From a virus: a DNA stretch of 64,000 nucleotides. A program made the translations under genes and the position numbers. The first letter of the stretch is position 1. Every line of letters begins with the position of its first letter. The stretch is taken from the IMG/VR virus record IMGVR_UViG_3300045988_121463; one strand, given 5' to 3'. Below are positions 10,139-19,928 of this stretch, in pieces. The notes below the pieces were generated by a model that was given only the letters and a program-made list of their open reading frames with translations, searched no databases and was not told where the DNA came from.

Positions 10139-10671
10139 GAGGCGAAATTTGTCCTTATTGCGGAAGAGAAACCGAGTTGATCAATGCCGATAAAGTATAT
10201 AACAGAAAAGGCTTAGGGATGGTTATGATGTGCAAACCATGCAACGCTTATGTCGGTGTTCATGAATCAGGGCCGAATAAGGGAAAAGCTAAAGGCCGGC
10301 TTGCGGGGCCATCACTGAGATCTCTTAAGATAAGAGTCCATGCCGAACTTGACAGACTATGGTCTACGCCGGAGGAACGGGAAAGGATGTATAAAGATTT
10401 ATCTGAATTTCTCTCTATACCGGAAGAATACACACATATAGGTATGTTTGGCGAGAAGACGATGGGAAAAGTATTTCAATTCTGTCATGTAAACAAAGAG
10501 CGATCAGGTTCGAGAATAGAATGGCATAAACCTGGAGATAAGTGCCCTAATAAAAACAATCAAATAGTGTCAGGAAGTAGCGCATGTAGAGGATGTCCTG
10601 AGTATCTTCATGATGAGAAAGACGGGTATGTCTGGTGTGATCCTGATATGAGTTACGGCAGGTTGAAATAG
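10105..10671 (+). CDS. zinc-finger protein
   Basis: CPYCGRE ... CKPCNAY and C-terminal CRGCPEY cysteine pairs. Confidence 0.4.
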   Translation: MELNERQQRVLRGEICPYCGRETELINADKVYNRKGLGMVMMCKPCNAYVGVHESGPNKGKAKGRLAGPSLRSLKIRVHAELDRLWSTPEERERMYKDLSEFLSIPEEYTHIGMFGEKTMGKVFQFCHVNKERSGSRIEWHKPGDKCPNKNNQIVSGSSACRGCPEYLHDEKDGYVWCDPDMSYGRLK

Positions 10672-10689
10672 GGCGAGAATTGCCTATCT

Positions 10690-11001
10690 TTGTGCTATTA
10701 TCAATCAAAAAAATGTAAGAAGATGGGCAGATCAACAGAGTACTACAGGACTCATCCCGAAGCCAGGAAGAAAAAGGCTAAAAAAGACAAGGAGATAAAT
10801 GCCAGACCGGAACAGAAAGCCAAACGCCGGGAGCTTGGTCGTAAAAACTACGAAACGGACAAGAAGAAGGGTAAGGGCTGGAGAAAAGGCAAGGATTGTT
10901 CTCATACCAAGAACGGTCTTAGGTATAAATCAGTAAAAGCTAATAGGGGATCCAAATCGGATACAAAAGGTGACAAAAATGCACGAGGAGATAGCAAATA
11001 G
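10690..11001 (+). CDS. highly basic Lys/Arg-rich protein (putative nucleic-acid binding)
   Basis: About one third K/R over 103 aa (KKKAKKDKE ... KKKGKGWRKGK). Confidence 0.35.
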   Translation: MCYYQSKKCKKMGRSTEYYRTHPEARKKKAKKDKEINARPEQKAKRRELGRKNYETDKKKGKGWRKGKDCSHTKNGLRYKSVKANRGSKSDTKGDKNARGDSK

Positions 11002-12103
11002 GATAGATATAAGAAGGATATTCAAGACCTCTAAACAGGTCATGGAAGAGGCGTATGAGAATATCTTGAAATACAGGCGGGGAGAGCTTATCCCCGCTAA
11101 AACCGGATACGATTATATTGATGAGGCTTTGCTTGGAGGTATTTTCCCTCAGCATGCTATTGCCATAGGAGCCCGGCCATCTGTAGGTAAATCGTATGTG
11201 GCCCAAAAGATATTGGAAAATGTGATGAATCCGATGATCAACCCGCAAGCAGAAGATTATTTTCTTGTTAATTGCGAGTTCGAAATGAATCCTCAAGATC
11301 TTCTTCTTCGTAGAATGAGCCAGGATATGAAAAAGCGGGCTCCTGAAATATTAAGAAGGCAAGATTCTAATACAGTGGAAGAGATGAGGATGTTTGAAAT
11401 CCTTCAAGGTGAAATCAGGAATAATATAATATACATCGATGCTCCGTGTACGGTAAAAGAGTTTGAGGCGGCTGTGTATCATATAGCTACCAAACACAAA
11501 GACAAACGTCTTATAATATTTAAAGTCGATCATATTGCTTTGATAAAAAGAATGGGGTTAGATCCTAAGTCGGCTATAGATGATTTGGTGGCGGTTATGA
11601 ACGAAGCTAAATTAGTATATAAAAACATATTTTTCCTCATCATATCACAATTCAACAGAGAGATAGAAGGAAGGATAAAAAGCCCACAAGAGCAGCCTCC
11701 GCGTCTTTCTGATTTTTACCAATCTGATACGCTGGGTCAGTTATGTACGTTAATGATAGGTTTGCACAATCCTCGTAGGTACGGGCTGGATAAGTATATG
11801 ATATTTGGGAAAGATTGGTATCAGACTCTTGATAGGTTTAAAACTGAAAACAAAACATCATTCAGGACAGCCGGACTGGTGTTTCATCATATACTGAAGG
11901 TAAGGCAAGTTAGTATGGAAGAGCTTACTAATACAATCCACCCAGAGATTCTGCCGGGGCATGGATGGATGTACGGGGAGGGCGGGACGAAGTTCGTGAA
12001 CCCCAACCAGCCGCCGACGCCGCCCAAGCTCTATACTGTGGAAGACGTTACGGACAATCAGGAACAAGAACAAGAGACAAAAGAAGAACAGTCATTGTAT
12101 TAA
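10970..12103 (+). CDS. DnaB-like replicative helicase (RecA-fold C-terminal domain)
   Basis: Walker A GARPSVGKSYVAQK, Walker B-like IIFKVDHIAL, H3-like ISQFNREIEGR (DnaB SQLxR motif). Confidence 0.7.
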   Translation: MTKMHEEIANRIDIRRIFKTSKQVMEEAYENILKYRRGELIPAKTGYDYIDEALLGGIFPQHAIAIGARPSVGKSYVAQKILENVMNPMINPQAEDYFLVNCEFEMNPQDLLLRRMSQDMKKRAPEILRRQDSNTVEEMRMFEILQGEIRNNIIYIDAPCTVKEFEAAVYHIATKHKDKRLIIFKVDHIALIKRMGLDPKSAIDDLVAVMNEAKLVYKNIFFLIISQFNREIEGRIKSPQEQPPRLSDFYQSDTLGQLCTLMIGLHNPRRYGLDKYMIFGKDWYQTLDRFKTENKTSFRTAGLVFHHILKVRQVSMEELTNTIHPEILPGHGWMYGEGGTKFVNPNQPPTPPKLYTVEDVTDNQEQEQETKEEQSLY

Positions 12104-12117
12104 AAAAAATAAGAACC

Positions 12118-12720
12118 ATGAGACTGACAGTAGAAGAAAACGAATACCTGATAAGTAAGTTCCTTTTGGTTCTTACTGAGTTTGCAGGAGATGAAAGAGA
12201 GATGTTTTTAATCAACTCCATACATGATAAGGCGGTGGCGGATATGAATTATCGTCTTCCGTCTTTAATAAGCAGAGAACGTAAAAGACGAGTCATTGAG
12301 CTCCTTAAAGAAGGAACCAGAATAATCAAGGACTTTTCCGGATATGCAGGTGATATGGGTATGATTAACGAATACGATCGTTTAAAGAAAGAAATAGGAA
12401 CCGTCCAAGACCAGCTTGGTGACGTAGAAGGTCAACTTCGGGCAGCAGGAGAAGTTATTAAAAAAGAACTTGATATGATTGCTGACCGAATCAAAGAAGA
12501 CCTCCTCGACCGAGAACTGGCTAAAAGTAATGCCGAGGCCGAAAGAAAAGCCAAAGTAGATCCGAGATACGAAGTAGCTTTAGGTGATTACAAGGAGATG
12601 CTGGAAGTGATTTTTACAACCAGAAACAAGTATTCTACGGTAGATTCTGTACATGACGATCTTCGACAGTCGGTATCTACCGGTAGAAATTCGATTATTA
12701 AAGAAGGGTACAACAGTTAA
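12118..12720 (+). CDS. coiled-coil protein
   Basis: ATG at 12118 taken as the start; the longer ORF-track version overlaps the helicase. Charged heptad-like sequence. Confidence 0.4.
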   Translation: MRLTVEENEYLISKFLLVLTEFAGDEREMFLINSIHDKAVADMNYRLPSLISRERKRRVIELLKEGTRIIKDFSGYAGDMGMINEYDRLKKEIGTVQDQLGDVEGQLRAAGEVIKKELDMIADRIKEDLLDRELAKSNAEAERKAKVDPRYEVALGDYKEMLEVIFTTRNKYSTVDSVHDDLRQSVSTGRNSIIKEGYNS

Positions 12721-12735
12721 AAACAAGGAGGGAAT

Positions 12736-12933
12736 ATGGAAAAGAAGGAATTTAAAGTAGGAGAAGTATTTACTGCCGGACTTGTAAGATTAAAATGTGT
12801 GGAAGGTGATACATGCGATAGGTGTATATTCGAAGATTACGATTCTTGTTCATGTACAGACATAATTATTGGTCCATGTGAACATGTTGATAGACAAGAT
12901 AACAAGAATGTTATTTTTATTAAAGCTGATTAA
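12736..12933 (+). CDS. small Cys-rich protein
   Basis: 65 aa with 7 Cys (CDRC ... CSC ... C). Confidence 0.3.
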   Translation: MEKKEFKVGEVFTAGLVRLKCVEGDTCDRCIFEDYDSCSCTDIIIGPCEHVDRQDNKNVIFIKAD

Positions 12934-12935
12934 GA

Positions 12936-13649
12936 ATGTACATCAATTTCAGACAACTTGCAGCATCAGACATGACTCCTAATGATCTTGCCAATCTTCT
13001 TGCCATAAGACAGAAGGATACGGTTATGATCGAAGCCATGCCGGAAGAAGATGCTGGGAGGTATATAGAGCTTGGCCTGGTTGAGAAATTAAAATCAGGC
13101 GTGATGAGATTGACCAACAAAGGAACGTCTTTTGTGAATTATATAGAGACACCGGAGATGACAGACGAGGTTCTGGAAACGTTGAAGATTATGATAGGAA
13201 TGTACGAATCATATTCAAAAGACATAGGTGTCAGCAGAAAAGAAGCGGAATCCAGATTGTGTTGGTTTATGGGTAACACTTCATTCAAGAAAGAGGTCAT
13301 ACTTCAGGTAACGGAATCTTATATAGCAGAGTCAGGAGATTATACAATGAGCTTATGTAACTTCATATGGAAACCGCCTTCTCAGGCTTTTTCAGTTCAT
13401 ATGAACCTTAAAAATTCAAAGCTCTTTGACTTAATAGCTGAAAAATTTAAGATCGCTACCGAGCCTTATTTGGAGTCTAAGAAGAATAAGGAAATGGATT
13501 GGTTGTTTGCCGTATCTAAATTGCCTACGCCGCCAGCTAAAGGCAATCCGGATTATTTGTTTACCGGAAGTTCTGAAACAGACAAAGAGCGATTGAAAAA
13601 CATAAAAACGTATTTATTTAACAAAATTAGAAAGCAATGGAAAAAGTAA
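12936..13649 (+). CDS. hypothetical protein
   Basis: 237-aa ORF immediately upstream of the ACP gene. Confidence 0.45.
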   Translation: MYINFRQLAASDMTPNDLANLLAIRQKDTVMIEAMPEEDAGRYIELGLVEKLKSGVMRLTNKGTSFVNYIETPEMTDEVLETLKIMIGMYESYSKDIGVSRKEAESRLCWFMGNTSFKKEVILQVTESYIAESGDYTMSLCNFIWKPPSQAFSVHMNLKNSKLFDLIAEKFKIATEPYLESKKNKEMDWLFAVSKLPTPPAKGNPDYLFTGSSETDKERLKNIKTYLFNKIRKQWKK

Positions 13650-13888
13650 GAATCAGAAAGATAATAGAGGATATAATTATTACTCAGTTTCTTAATTCGG
13701 AAATAGATATAGTTCATGAAGAAGATGTGACGTTTAAAGAACTTGGATTAGATTCTGTTGATCAAATTGAACTGGAAGTGATGGTGGAACAAAAATTCAA
13801 TATTGTTATTATTGATTATGATATGGAGACCATCAAAGATATGACTGATCTTGTTTACAAAATAATAACAGAAGGGTATGGGAAGTGA
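13637..13888 (+). CDS. acyl carrier protein-like (phosphopantetheine-binding) protein
   Basis: ELGLDSVDQIELEVMVEQKF aligns with the ACP helix II motif [20 protein letters not shown], including the Ser attachment site. About 83 aa, acidic. Confidence 0.7.
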   Translation: MEKVRIRKIIEDIIITQFLNSEIDIVHEEDVTFKELGLDSVDQIELEVMVEQKFNIVIIDYDMETIKDMTDLVYKIITEGYGK

Positions 13889-14366
13889 TATAATTTTATG
13901 CATGGCTTTAATAGCATCATTTGCTTTTGTTATACAGTTTTTGTTGTCGATATTAGGATCTGATCTGGATACGGATATTGACAATGCTTCTGATTTAAGC
14001 ATGTCTTTATCAGACATCATATCATTTAAGGGTATAACACATTTTATTCTTGGATATAGCTGGACTACCTACTTTTCGGGTTCTCATTTAGTAGGGGTTG
14101 TGATAGGGTCGTTTTTCTTTATCGTTTTGTTTTACGTATATAAGTTACTTCTTAAGTTAAAGCAAGAAATGGTGTACGAATGTCCGGAAGATTTAAATGG
14201 CAGAGAGGTGGAGATAGTATTTAGATCAGGGAAGAATCATTATATGGTAAATATTTCGAAAAATGGAAGACAGGAGCAAATGAGAGTAAGATGTTTGTCT
14301 GGAAAAACTTACAAAAACGGTGACAAGGTGAATATAAAATACGAAGAAGGAGAACTAAGTATCTAA
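13878..14366 (+). CDS. NfeD-like membrane protein (YuaF-like)
   Basis: N-terminal hydrophobic helices, then a C-terminal beta-rich GxVxV/GD segment. Directly upstream of the flotillin gene, as in the yuaF-floT operon. Confidence 0.5.
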   Translation: MGSDIILCMALIASFAFVIQFLLSILGSDLDTDIDNASDLSMSLSDIISFKGITHFILGYSWTTYFSGSHLVGVVIGSFFFIVLFYVYKLLLKLKQEMVYECPEDLNGREVEIVFRSGKNHYMVNISKNGRQEQMRVRCLSGKTYKNGDKVNIKYEEGELSI

Positions 14367-14398
14367 TTTTTTTTATCAACAATTAAATTTTAAAAGTT

Positions 14399-16132
14399 AT
14401 GACAACAATCATGTACGTGTCAGCTATCTTAGCTGTAGTGATTATTTTGACAATCATCGGAGTCTTATCAAGGTATCGTAGATGTAAGCCTAATCAGGTC
14501 TTGGTCGTTTATGGTAAGACAGGTGGGGAAAAGAAATCGGCGAAATTATATCATGGTGGAGCGGCATTTGTCTTGCCTATTATTCAAAGCTATGATGTTT
14601 TGTCAATGGAGCCTATGCAAATAGATTGCAAGCTTACCGGTGCTTTGTCATCTCAGAATATTAGAGTAGATGTTCCTACGACTATTACAGTAGCTATCAG
14701 TACAAATCCAGAGATCATGCAAAATGCGGCAGAAAGACTTTTGGGAATGGATACCGAATCTACTGAAAATCTTATTACGGACATCGTTTACGGTCAGATG
14801 CGTTTGATTATTGCTGAAATGACAATCGAAAAACTTAATTCTGACAGGGATGAGTTTTTGGATAAGGCAAGAAAGAACATTGATAACGAGCTTAACAAGT
14901 TAGGTCTTTACCTCCTGAACATCAACATCAGTGACATTAGAGACGAAGCCGGTTATATTATGAACCTTGGTAAGGAGGCTGAAAGTAGGGCTCTAAACGA
15001 AGCACAGGCTAATATCGAAGAACAGGAGAAGCTGGGGGCTATTAAGATTGCTGTACAGCAGAAGGAGAAAGAAACGGCTGTGGCTAATACCAAAAAAGAA
15101 CAAGAGATTCAAATTGCTTGTACTGAAAAAGAAAAGGAAACAATAGTAGCTGAAACGAAGAAAGAAAAAGAAATAGCTTTGGCTTTAACCGATAAAGAAA
15201 AACAGATTGGTGTAGCTCAAGCAGATAGAGATAGGGCTGCGGTTATCGCAAAAACTTTAACCGACAAGGAATCGGCGATCGTAAGATCTAAGGCAGAACT
15301 TGAAGTAAATAAAGCCGAGGCTGAAAGGATGGAAGAAGTCGGAAAGAACAAGGCTGAAGCTGACAAGGAAGCAGCTATAGCAATACAAAACTCTGAAGCT
15401 CAGATTAAGAAGGCTGAGGCTGAGAAAAATGCGTCTATAGGATACAACAATGCCCAGAAGGAGGTTGCTGTGTCAGTATCAGAATTGCAGATTATCAAAG
15501 CTCAATCAGAAAAGAAGGCCGGAGAAGAAAAAGTTAAATCGGAAGCGGCTGTAAAAACAGCAAAAGAGCTTGCAGACAAAGAAGTGGAAGAAGCTAAGGC
15601 TAAGAAAGTTCAGGCTGCGCTTAAGGCTGAAAAGATTGTGCCGGCTGAAACCCAGAAGGAAGAGGCTATCTTGCAAGCTGATGCCGAGGCCGAGAAGATC
15701 AAACGCCGGGCTGAGGCTGAGGCATCAGCACATTTGGCAAAAGCTGAGGCAGAGGCAAAAGCTATTCAGATGAAGCTGGAGGCAGAAGCCGAAGGTAAGA
15801 AAAAGTCGTTAATGGCAGAAGCCGACGGATTTAAGGCTATGGTGGAAGCAGCAGAATCCAATCCTCAGATCGCCATCCAGTACAAGATGGTTAATCAGTG
15901 GAAAGAAATTGCCGGAGAACAGGTTAAGGCATTTGAGCACATTAACCTCGGAAATATCACGGTATTTGACGGCGGTCAGAACAGTACCGGTAATTTCCTT
16001 AACAATGTTGTCAAGACCGTCGCTCCGGCATTGGGAGTCATTGATCAGCTTCCGATTGCAGATACTTTAAAGAAATTAAAAGGAGATGACAAAAAAATAA
16101 ATACAATGGCCCAAGGTTACACTTGGGCCTAA
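14399..16132 (+). CDS. floT: flotillin-like SPFH/band-7 protein
   Basis: N-terminal TM helix. SPFH region YRRCKPNQVLVVYGKTGG ... GGAAFVLPIIQ ... NINISDIRDEAGYIMNLGKEAESRA is collinear with B. subtilis FloT. Long Glu/Ala-rich coiled-coil (EA repeats) and flotillin-type C-terminus. Confidence 0.85.
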   Translation: MTTIMYVSAILAVVIILTIIGVLSRYRRCKPNQVLVVYGKTGGEKKSAKLYHGGAAFVLPIIQSYDVLSMEPMQIDCKLTGALSSQNIRVDVPTTITVAISTNPEIMQNAAERLLGMDTESTENLITDIVYGQMRLIIAEMTIEKLNSDRDEFLDKARKNIDNELNKLGLYLLNINISDIRDEAGYIMNLGKEAESRALNEAQANIEEQEKLGAIKIAVQQKEKETAVANTKKEQEIQIACTEKEKETIVAETKKEKEIALALTDKEKQIGVAQADRDRAAVIAKTLTDKESAIVRSKAELEVNKAEAERMEEVGKNKAEADKEAAIAIQNSEAQIKKAEAEKNASIGYNNAQKEVAVSVSELQIIKAQSEKKAGEEKVKSEAAVKTAKELADKEVEEAKAKKVQAALKAEKIVPAETQKEEAILQADAEAEKIKRRAEAEASAHLAKAEAEAKAIQMKLEAEAEGKKKSLMAEADGFKAMVEAAESNPQIAIQYKMVNQWKEIAGEQVKAFEHINLGNITVFDGGQNSTGNFLNNVVKTVAPALGVIDQLPIADTLKKLKGDDKKINTMAQGYTWA

Positions 16133-16263
16133 TTGAAGAAATAAAAGCAGCATTCATAGATTTCCTGCCTGCGGGAACAGTGATTTTAAGTGCTTTACTA
16201 ATTACGATATTTTTAACATGGATTTTGGACAAGATTTAGAACCAGAAGAACTGACCGGGCATT

Positions 16264-16623
16264 ATGATCAGTGTTATGGAATTGATTTTGAAACAGAAGA
16301 AGAGGAGGATGAAGAATATGACGGATGAGGAATTTGCATTAGATAATAAGAAAAAAGTTGTTGTAAGAAAAAGAATATCCTATTTAAGCAAAGGGGATAA
16401 AGTGTGGATCGTGTCTTCCGACGGCTACCTGCTACACACGGACGTCGTTCGGCGGGATCGGGGCCGATCTTATGTGGATATAGACGGGATACTGTATTGG
16501 AAGCGAGGATTAGATGGCAAGCATCGTAATCGTAATAACTACATGCAGTTTGCCATGACGCCGGAGGACGGTAAGAAGTATGTCGTATATTACCCGGAAG
16601 GATTTAAAGACAATGACTTATGA
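16264..16623 (+). CDS. hypothetical protein
   Basis: 119-aa ORF. Confidence 0.4.
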   Translation: MISVMELILKQKKRRMKNMTDEEFALDNKKKVVVRKRISYLSKGDKVWIVSSDGYLLHTDVVRRDRGRSYVDIDGILYWKRGLDGKHRNRNNYMQFAMTPEDGKKYVVYYPEGFKDNDL

Positions 16624-17639
16624 TGGTCCCGGAAACGCATTTGCTATATAAGGAGTTTAATGGCGTGAAACGTCTTGCCATTTCCTATTCCCAGATAGAT
16701 ACGTTTCTTACCTGTCCAATGAAATGGTATAAGACTTACGTAGAGGGCAAAAGGTCTACGGAAAAACAAGAAGCTACGTCTTATGGTACGGTTATCCATA
16801 AGACACTGGAATACTTCTTTAAGAACGGAAGACAGCCTTCTGGAAAAGACCTGGGGGAAGCTATAAGTTACTATGCTTACCAAGAAGACATACCTTGGCA
16901 ATCACCGGAAAATATGATGATAGCCATGAAGCAATCCGGGGAGCTTCTTGCTTGGATTGTGGATCTGTTCAAAAAAGACGGCAATAGGTTTATGATAGCT
17001 GATAGTGATCTTAATCCCTGCGAGAAACTTATCAGACACAGCGCTATAGTTGGAGTCGAAGAAGATTTTGTGCTGCCGTACCGTCTTCCTAAGCCTGTTA
17101 ACATAAATGGAGTAATTCATACTCATGTGTACATAGTAGGATCGGTAGACCTTCATCTGGCTATAAAAAGCAAGAACGTAGTTCACCATTATGTCATAGA
17201 TTGGAAATCAGGTAATAAGGTTTTTGATTCTAAGAAGTTGGAAACAAATTTACAGCATCCTATATATTCATTTTACATCTATAGAAGATATGGTGGGGTT
17301 CTACCAGATATGAACATCTATTTCTTTACCAGGACCAGGCAGTACCAAAAGGTTAAGGTAGATGAGGAACGTAAAACAAAATCTATAGAGATGCTAAATG
17401 ACACTTTGTCTAAAATGTATGATTTTGAAGATAATAGTGTAAAATCATTTCAAGCGTACATCCAGGGAGCAGAAGGAGCCAGGTATAGCAAGCGGCGTGC
17501 CACCCTAAGCCAGCCTGTTTCGCAAAACAAGCTACCCTGCCCGTCAGCACTGTGTTATTATTGTGACTTTGGATTACATAACAAAAACGAATGCCCTTTC
17601 TCTTCGGATTGGGATCCGTCTAAAAAGATAAAACGATGA
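16620..17639 (+). CDS. Cas4-like PD-(D/E)XK nuclease with Fe-S-type cysteine cluster
   Basis: N-terminal CPMKWY, VDLHLAI, VIDWKSG (D-x-K), QHPIYSFY (QxxxY), C-terminal CPSALCYYC ... C cysteines. Confidence 0.6.
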   Translation: MMVPETHLLYKEFNGVKRLAISYSQIDTFLTCPMKWYKTYVEGKRSTEKQEATSYGTVIHKTLEYFFKNGRQPSGKDLGEAISYYAYQEDIPWQSPENMMIAMKQSGELLAWIVDLFKKDGNRFMIADSDLNPCEKLIRHSAIVGVEEDFVLPYRLPKPVNINGVIHTHVYIVGSVDLHLAIKSKNVVHHYVIDWKSGNKVFDSKKLETNLQHPIYSFYIYRRYGGVLPDMNIYFFTRTRQYQKVKVDEERKTKSIEMLNDTLSKMYDFEDNSVKSFQAYIQGAEGARYSKRRATLSQPVSQNKLPCPSALCYYCDFGLHNKNECPFSSDWDPSKKIKR

Positions 17640-17805
17640 AATACGAGGACGTTCAAAAGTTAAGAACAAAATACCGGCAAGATCCGGAAGTTATAAACGT
17701 AGAATACATGAGAGACGTTGCTGTAAGATGTGGGAATTTCAAGAAAGCATTTGAACTTCAGGAGAAGCTGGAGGATATATGGTTTAACTACTTAAAGGGA
17801 GTCCA

Positions 17806-18120
17806 ATGAAAGAAGATCTAATATGTGGAGTAGCGATCCTTTTGTATTTAGTTTTATTATACTTGCTCACGACAGCTTTCATAAAAACAGGTAGAGCAGT
17901 AGATCGTTATAAGATGAAGAAGAAAACTGACAAAATCAAAGTAGGTCAAAGATACGAACATAAGAACTACTTTGAGGATCCATTTGAAAGAGGCAAGCAT
18001 GTGATTAAGATATTAGACATAAAAGAAGGGTACGTTCTATATGAGTACGAAGAAAAACCATATATACGTTCTTCTGTGAGTCTTGAAGATATTGTTAAAA
18101 AAATACATTTTAATTACTGA
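17806..18120 (+). CDS. membrane protein
   Basis: N-terminal TM helix (VAILLYLVLLYLLTTAF). Confidence 0.35.
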   Translation: MKEDLICGVAILLYLVLLYLLTTAFIKTGRAVDRYKMKKKTDKIKVGQRYEHKNYFEDPFERGKHVIKILDIKEGYVLYEYEEKPYIRSSVSLEDIVKKIHFNY

Positions 18121-18139
18121 TGTTAAACACAAGTAAGTC

Positions 18140-18517
18140 ATGAAAAAAGAAGTCACAATCAAGGAAGATATGGCTGTGTTTTATAAAAATACAGGAAAAG
18201 AACTATGGATTTATAACGGACTTTTCAGAAACAAGGTGTTGTCTATAAAAAAAGATAAAGCCATTATCATGTGTGAAACTGATGCTGAATATGCTGTACT
18301 GATAGAAGATAATCAGTTTATTGCCGTAGCAAAAAACATGGATTATGATTACTGCTGCGCATTCACATTAGGTAATGCCGAGGCTTATGGGGATCGTATG
18401 GGCATATCGTGCAGTGTATGCTTGCTTGAAGATAACGAAGATAAAGCAAGGGAGATGTTGAAAGAGGCGATAATAGAACTTTCAAAAAACAGTAAAATAG
18501 ATTGCGATGGGCTTTGA
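18140..18517 (+). CDS. hypothetical protein
   Basis: 125-aa ORF. Confidence 0.4.
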   Translation: MKKEVTIKEDMAVFYKNTGKELWIYNGLFRNKVLSIKKDKAIIMCETDAEYAVLIEDNQFIAVAKNMDYDYCCAFTLGNAEAYGDRMGISCSVCLLEDNEDKAREMLKEAIIELSKNSKIDCDGL

Positions 18518-19928
18518 ACTTAGACCTTACCAAAAAGAGGCAGTAGATGCCGGGCTTAAGTTCCTTACAGGAAGATCTAAGAAGCCTGGCATAATCGTAG
18601 CCCCATGCGGATGTGGAAAGAGCCTTCTGATATCCAAGATAGCACATGAAATAAATAGACCGACATTAGTATTACAGCCCTCAAAAGAGATTCTGGAGCA
18701 GAATTATGCGAAGACCGTATCATTCGGTTCTGAACCTACTATATATTCTGCTTCATGTGGTATAAAGGAGCTGTCGGCTATGACTTATGCAACATTAAAG
18801 AGCATAAAGAAAGATGTAGCGAGGTTGAAGGATATAGGGATAGATACCTTATTGATAGACGAATGTCATTCAGGATATTCTCCTGAAGAAGGTTCTGAAT
18901 TTATGGAGTTTATGAACGGGTTTCCAGAGGCGAAGGTGCTGGGCTTCACCGCCACTCCCTGCCGCCTCCGAACCTACAGTTCCATGCTGGAAGGAAACTA
19001 CAGCAAGCTCAATATGCTGACGAAAGACGAGCATAACTTCTTCAAGAAAATAGTTCATGTGACTCAAATACAAGAACTAACTTCTCAAGGGTTTTGGTGT
19101 CCACTTAAGTACGAACGATGGTCGTTTGATGAATCGGCTCTGATGTTAAACAGTACCGGAGCCGAATACACCAACGAATCTATTAAAGAAAGTATTGTAC
19201 GAAACGGCTTAAACAACTCTATCTACAAGCGCCTTCTTCAACTTATGAACGAGCGTAAAGCCATTTTGGTTTGCATGGATTCTATCGAATCATGTAATAG
19301 AATATCAGAGTTCATGAATGCCAGGATGGGAGCCATAACCGGTGTCGTAACATCGCTAACAACCAAAAAGAAAAGAGAGCAAATTATATCAGATTTCAAA
19401 GAAGGTAAGTTGAAAGTGGTTTTTAATTATTCAACGCTTGCTACCGGATTTGATTTTCCTGAACTTGATTGTGTGATGTTTGGGCGACCAACTTTCTCAT
19501 ATTCAACTTATTACCAAATATTAGGCCGCGCCGTCCGCATCCATCCTGACAAGAAAGAGGCGCTGATAGTTGATTGCTGCGACAACATGAGGCGTTTCGG
19601 TCGGATAGAAGACCTGACAATTGAGCAATTCCCTTCTAAGGGCTGGTGTATGTTTGCCGGCGATCAACTTCTGTCTAATATAAGGATGGGTGATATTATT
19701 ACCAAAGACGAGATCCTTCGTCGGGCAGCCTCGCTTAAATCTGTGAATGGAGATGGTAGGAGAGAAGACGATCTTGACAGTATAATAATGTGGTTTGGAA
19801 AATATGAAGGAATTAGATTCAAAGACATACCGGTGTCGTATTTTAGGTTCTTGGCTGAGAATATGGCAGTAAAACCAGGAGACAGGAAAGAAAAGATTAT
19901 CGAATATTATAATAGAATAAAAGCATGA
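18507..19928 (+). CDS. SF2 DEAD/DEAH-box helicase
   Basis: Motif I APCGCGKS, motif II LIDECHSG, motif III GFTATP, motif VI QILGRAVR. Confidence 0.8.
   Translation: MGFELRPYQKEAVDAGLKFLTGRSKKPGIIVAPCGCGKSLLISKIAHEINRPTLVLQPSKEILEQNYAKTVSFGSEPTIYSASCGIKELSAMTYATLKSIKKDVARLKDIGIDTLLIDECHSGYSPEEGSEFMEFMNGFPEAKVLGFTATPCRLRTYSSMLEGNYSKLNMLTKDEHNFFKKIVHVTQIQELTSQGFWCPLKYERWSFDESALMLNSTGAEYTNESIKESIVRNGLNNSIYKRLLQLMNERKAILVCMDSIESCNRISEFMNARMGAITGVVTSLTTKKKREQIISDFKEGKLKVVFNYSTLATGFDFPELDCVMFGRPTFSYSTYYQILGRAVRIHPDKKEALIVDCCDNMRRFGRIEDLTIEQFPSKGWCMFAGDQLLSNIRMGDIITKDEILRRAASLKSVNGDGRREDDLDSIIMWFGKYEGIRFKDIPVSYFRFLAENMAVKPGDRKEKIIEYYNRIKA

Noticed and set aside
11965-12117. Long N-terminal extension of ORF 11965-12720 overlapping the DnaB-like gene by about 140 nt
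   Set aside because: An internal ATG at 12118 gives a non-overlapping gene with normal spacing; the extension translates helicase-gene DNA in another frame.
15570-15773. Arg/Lys-rich 67-aa ORF inside the flotillin gene
   Set aside because: It is an alternate reading frame of the GAAGCT-rich EA-repeat coding region; its composition is a frame artefact.
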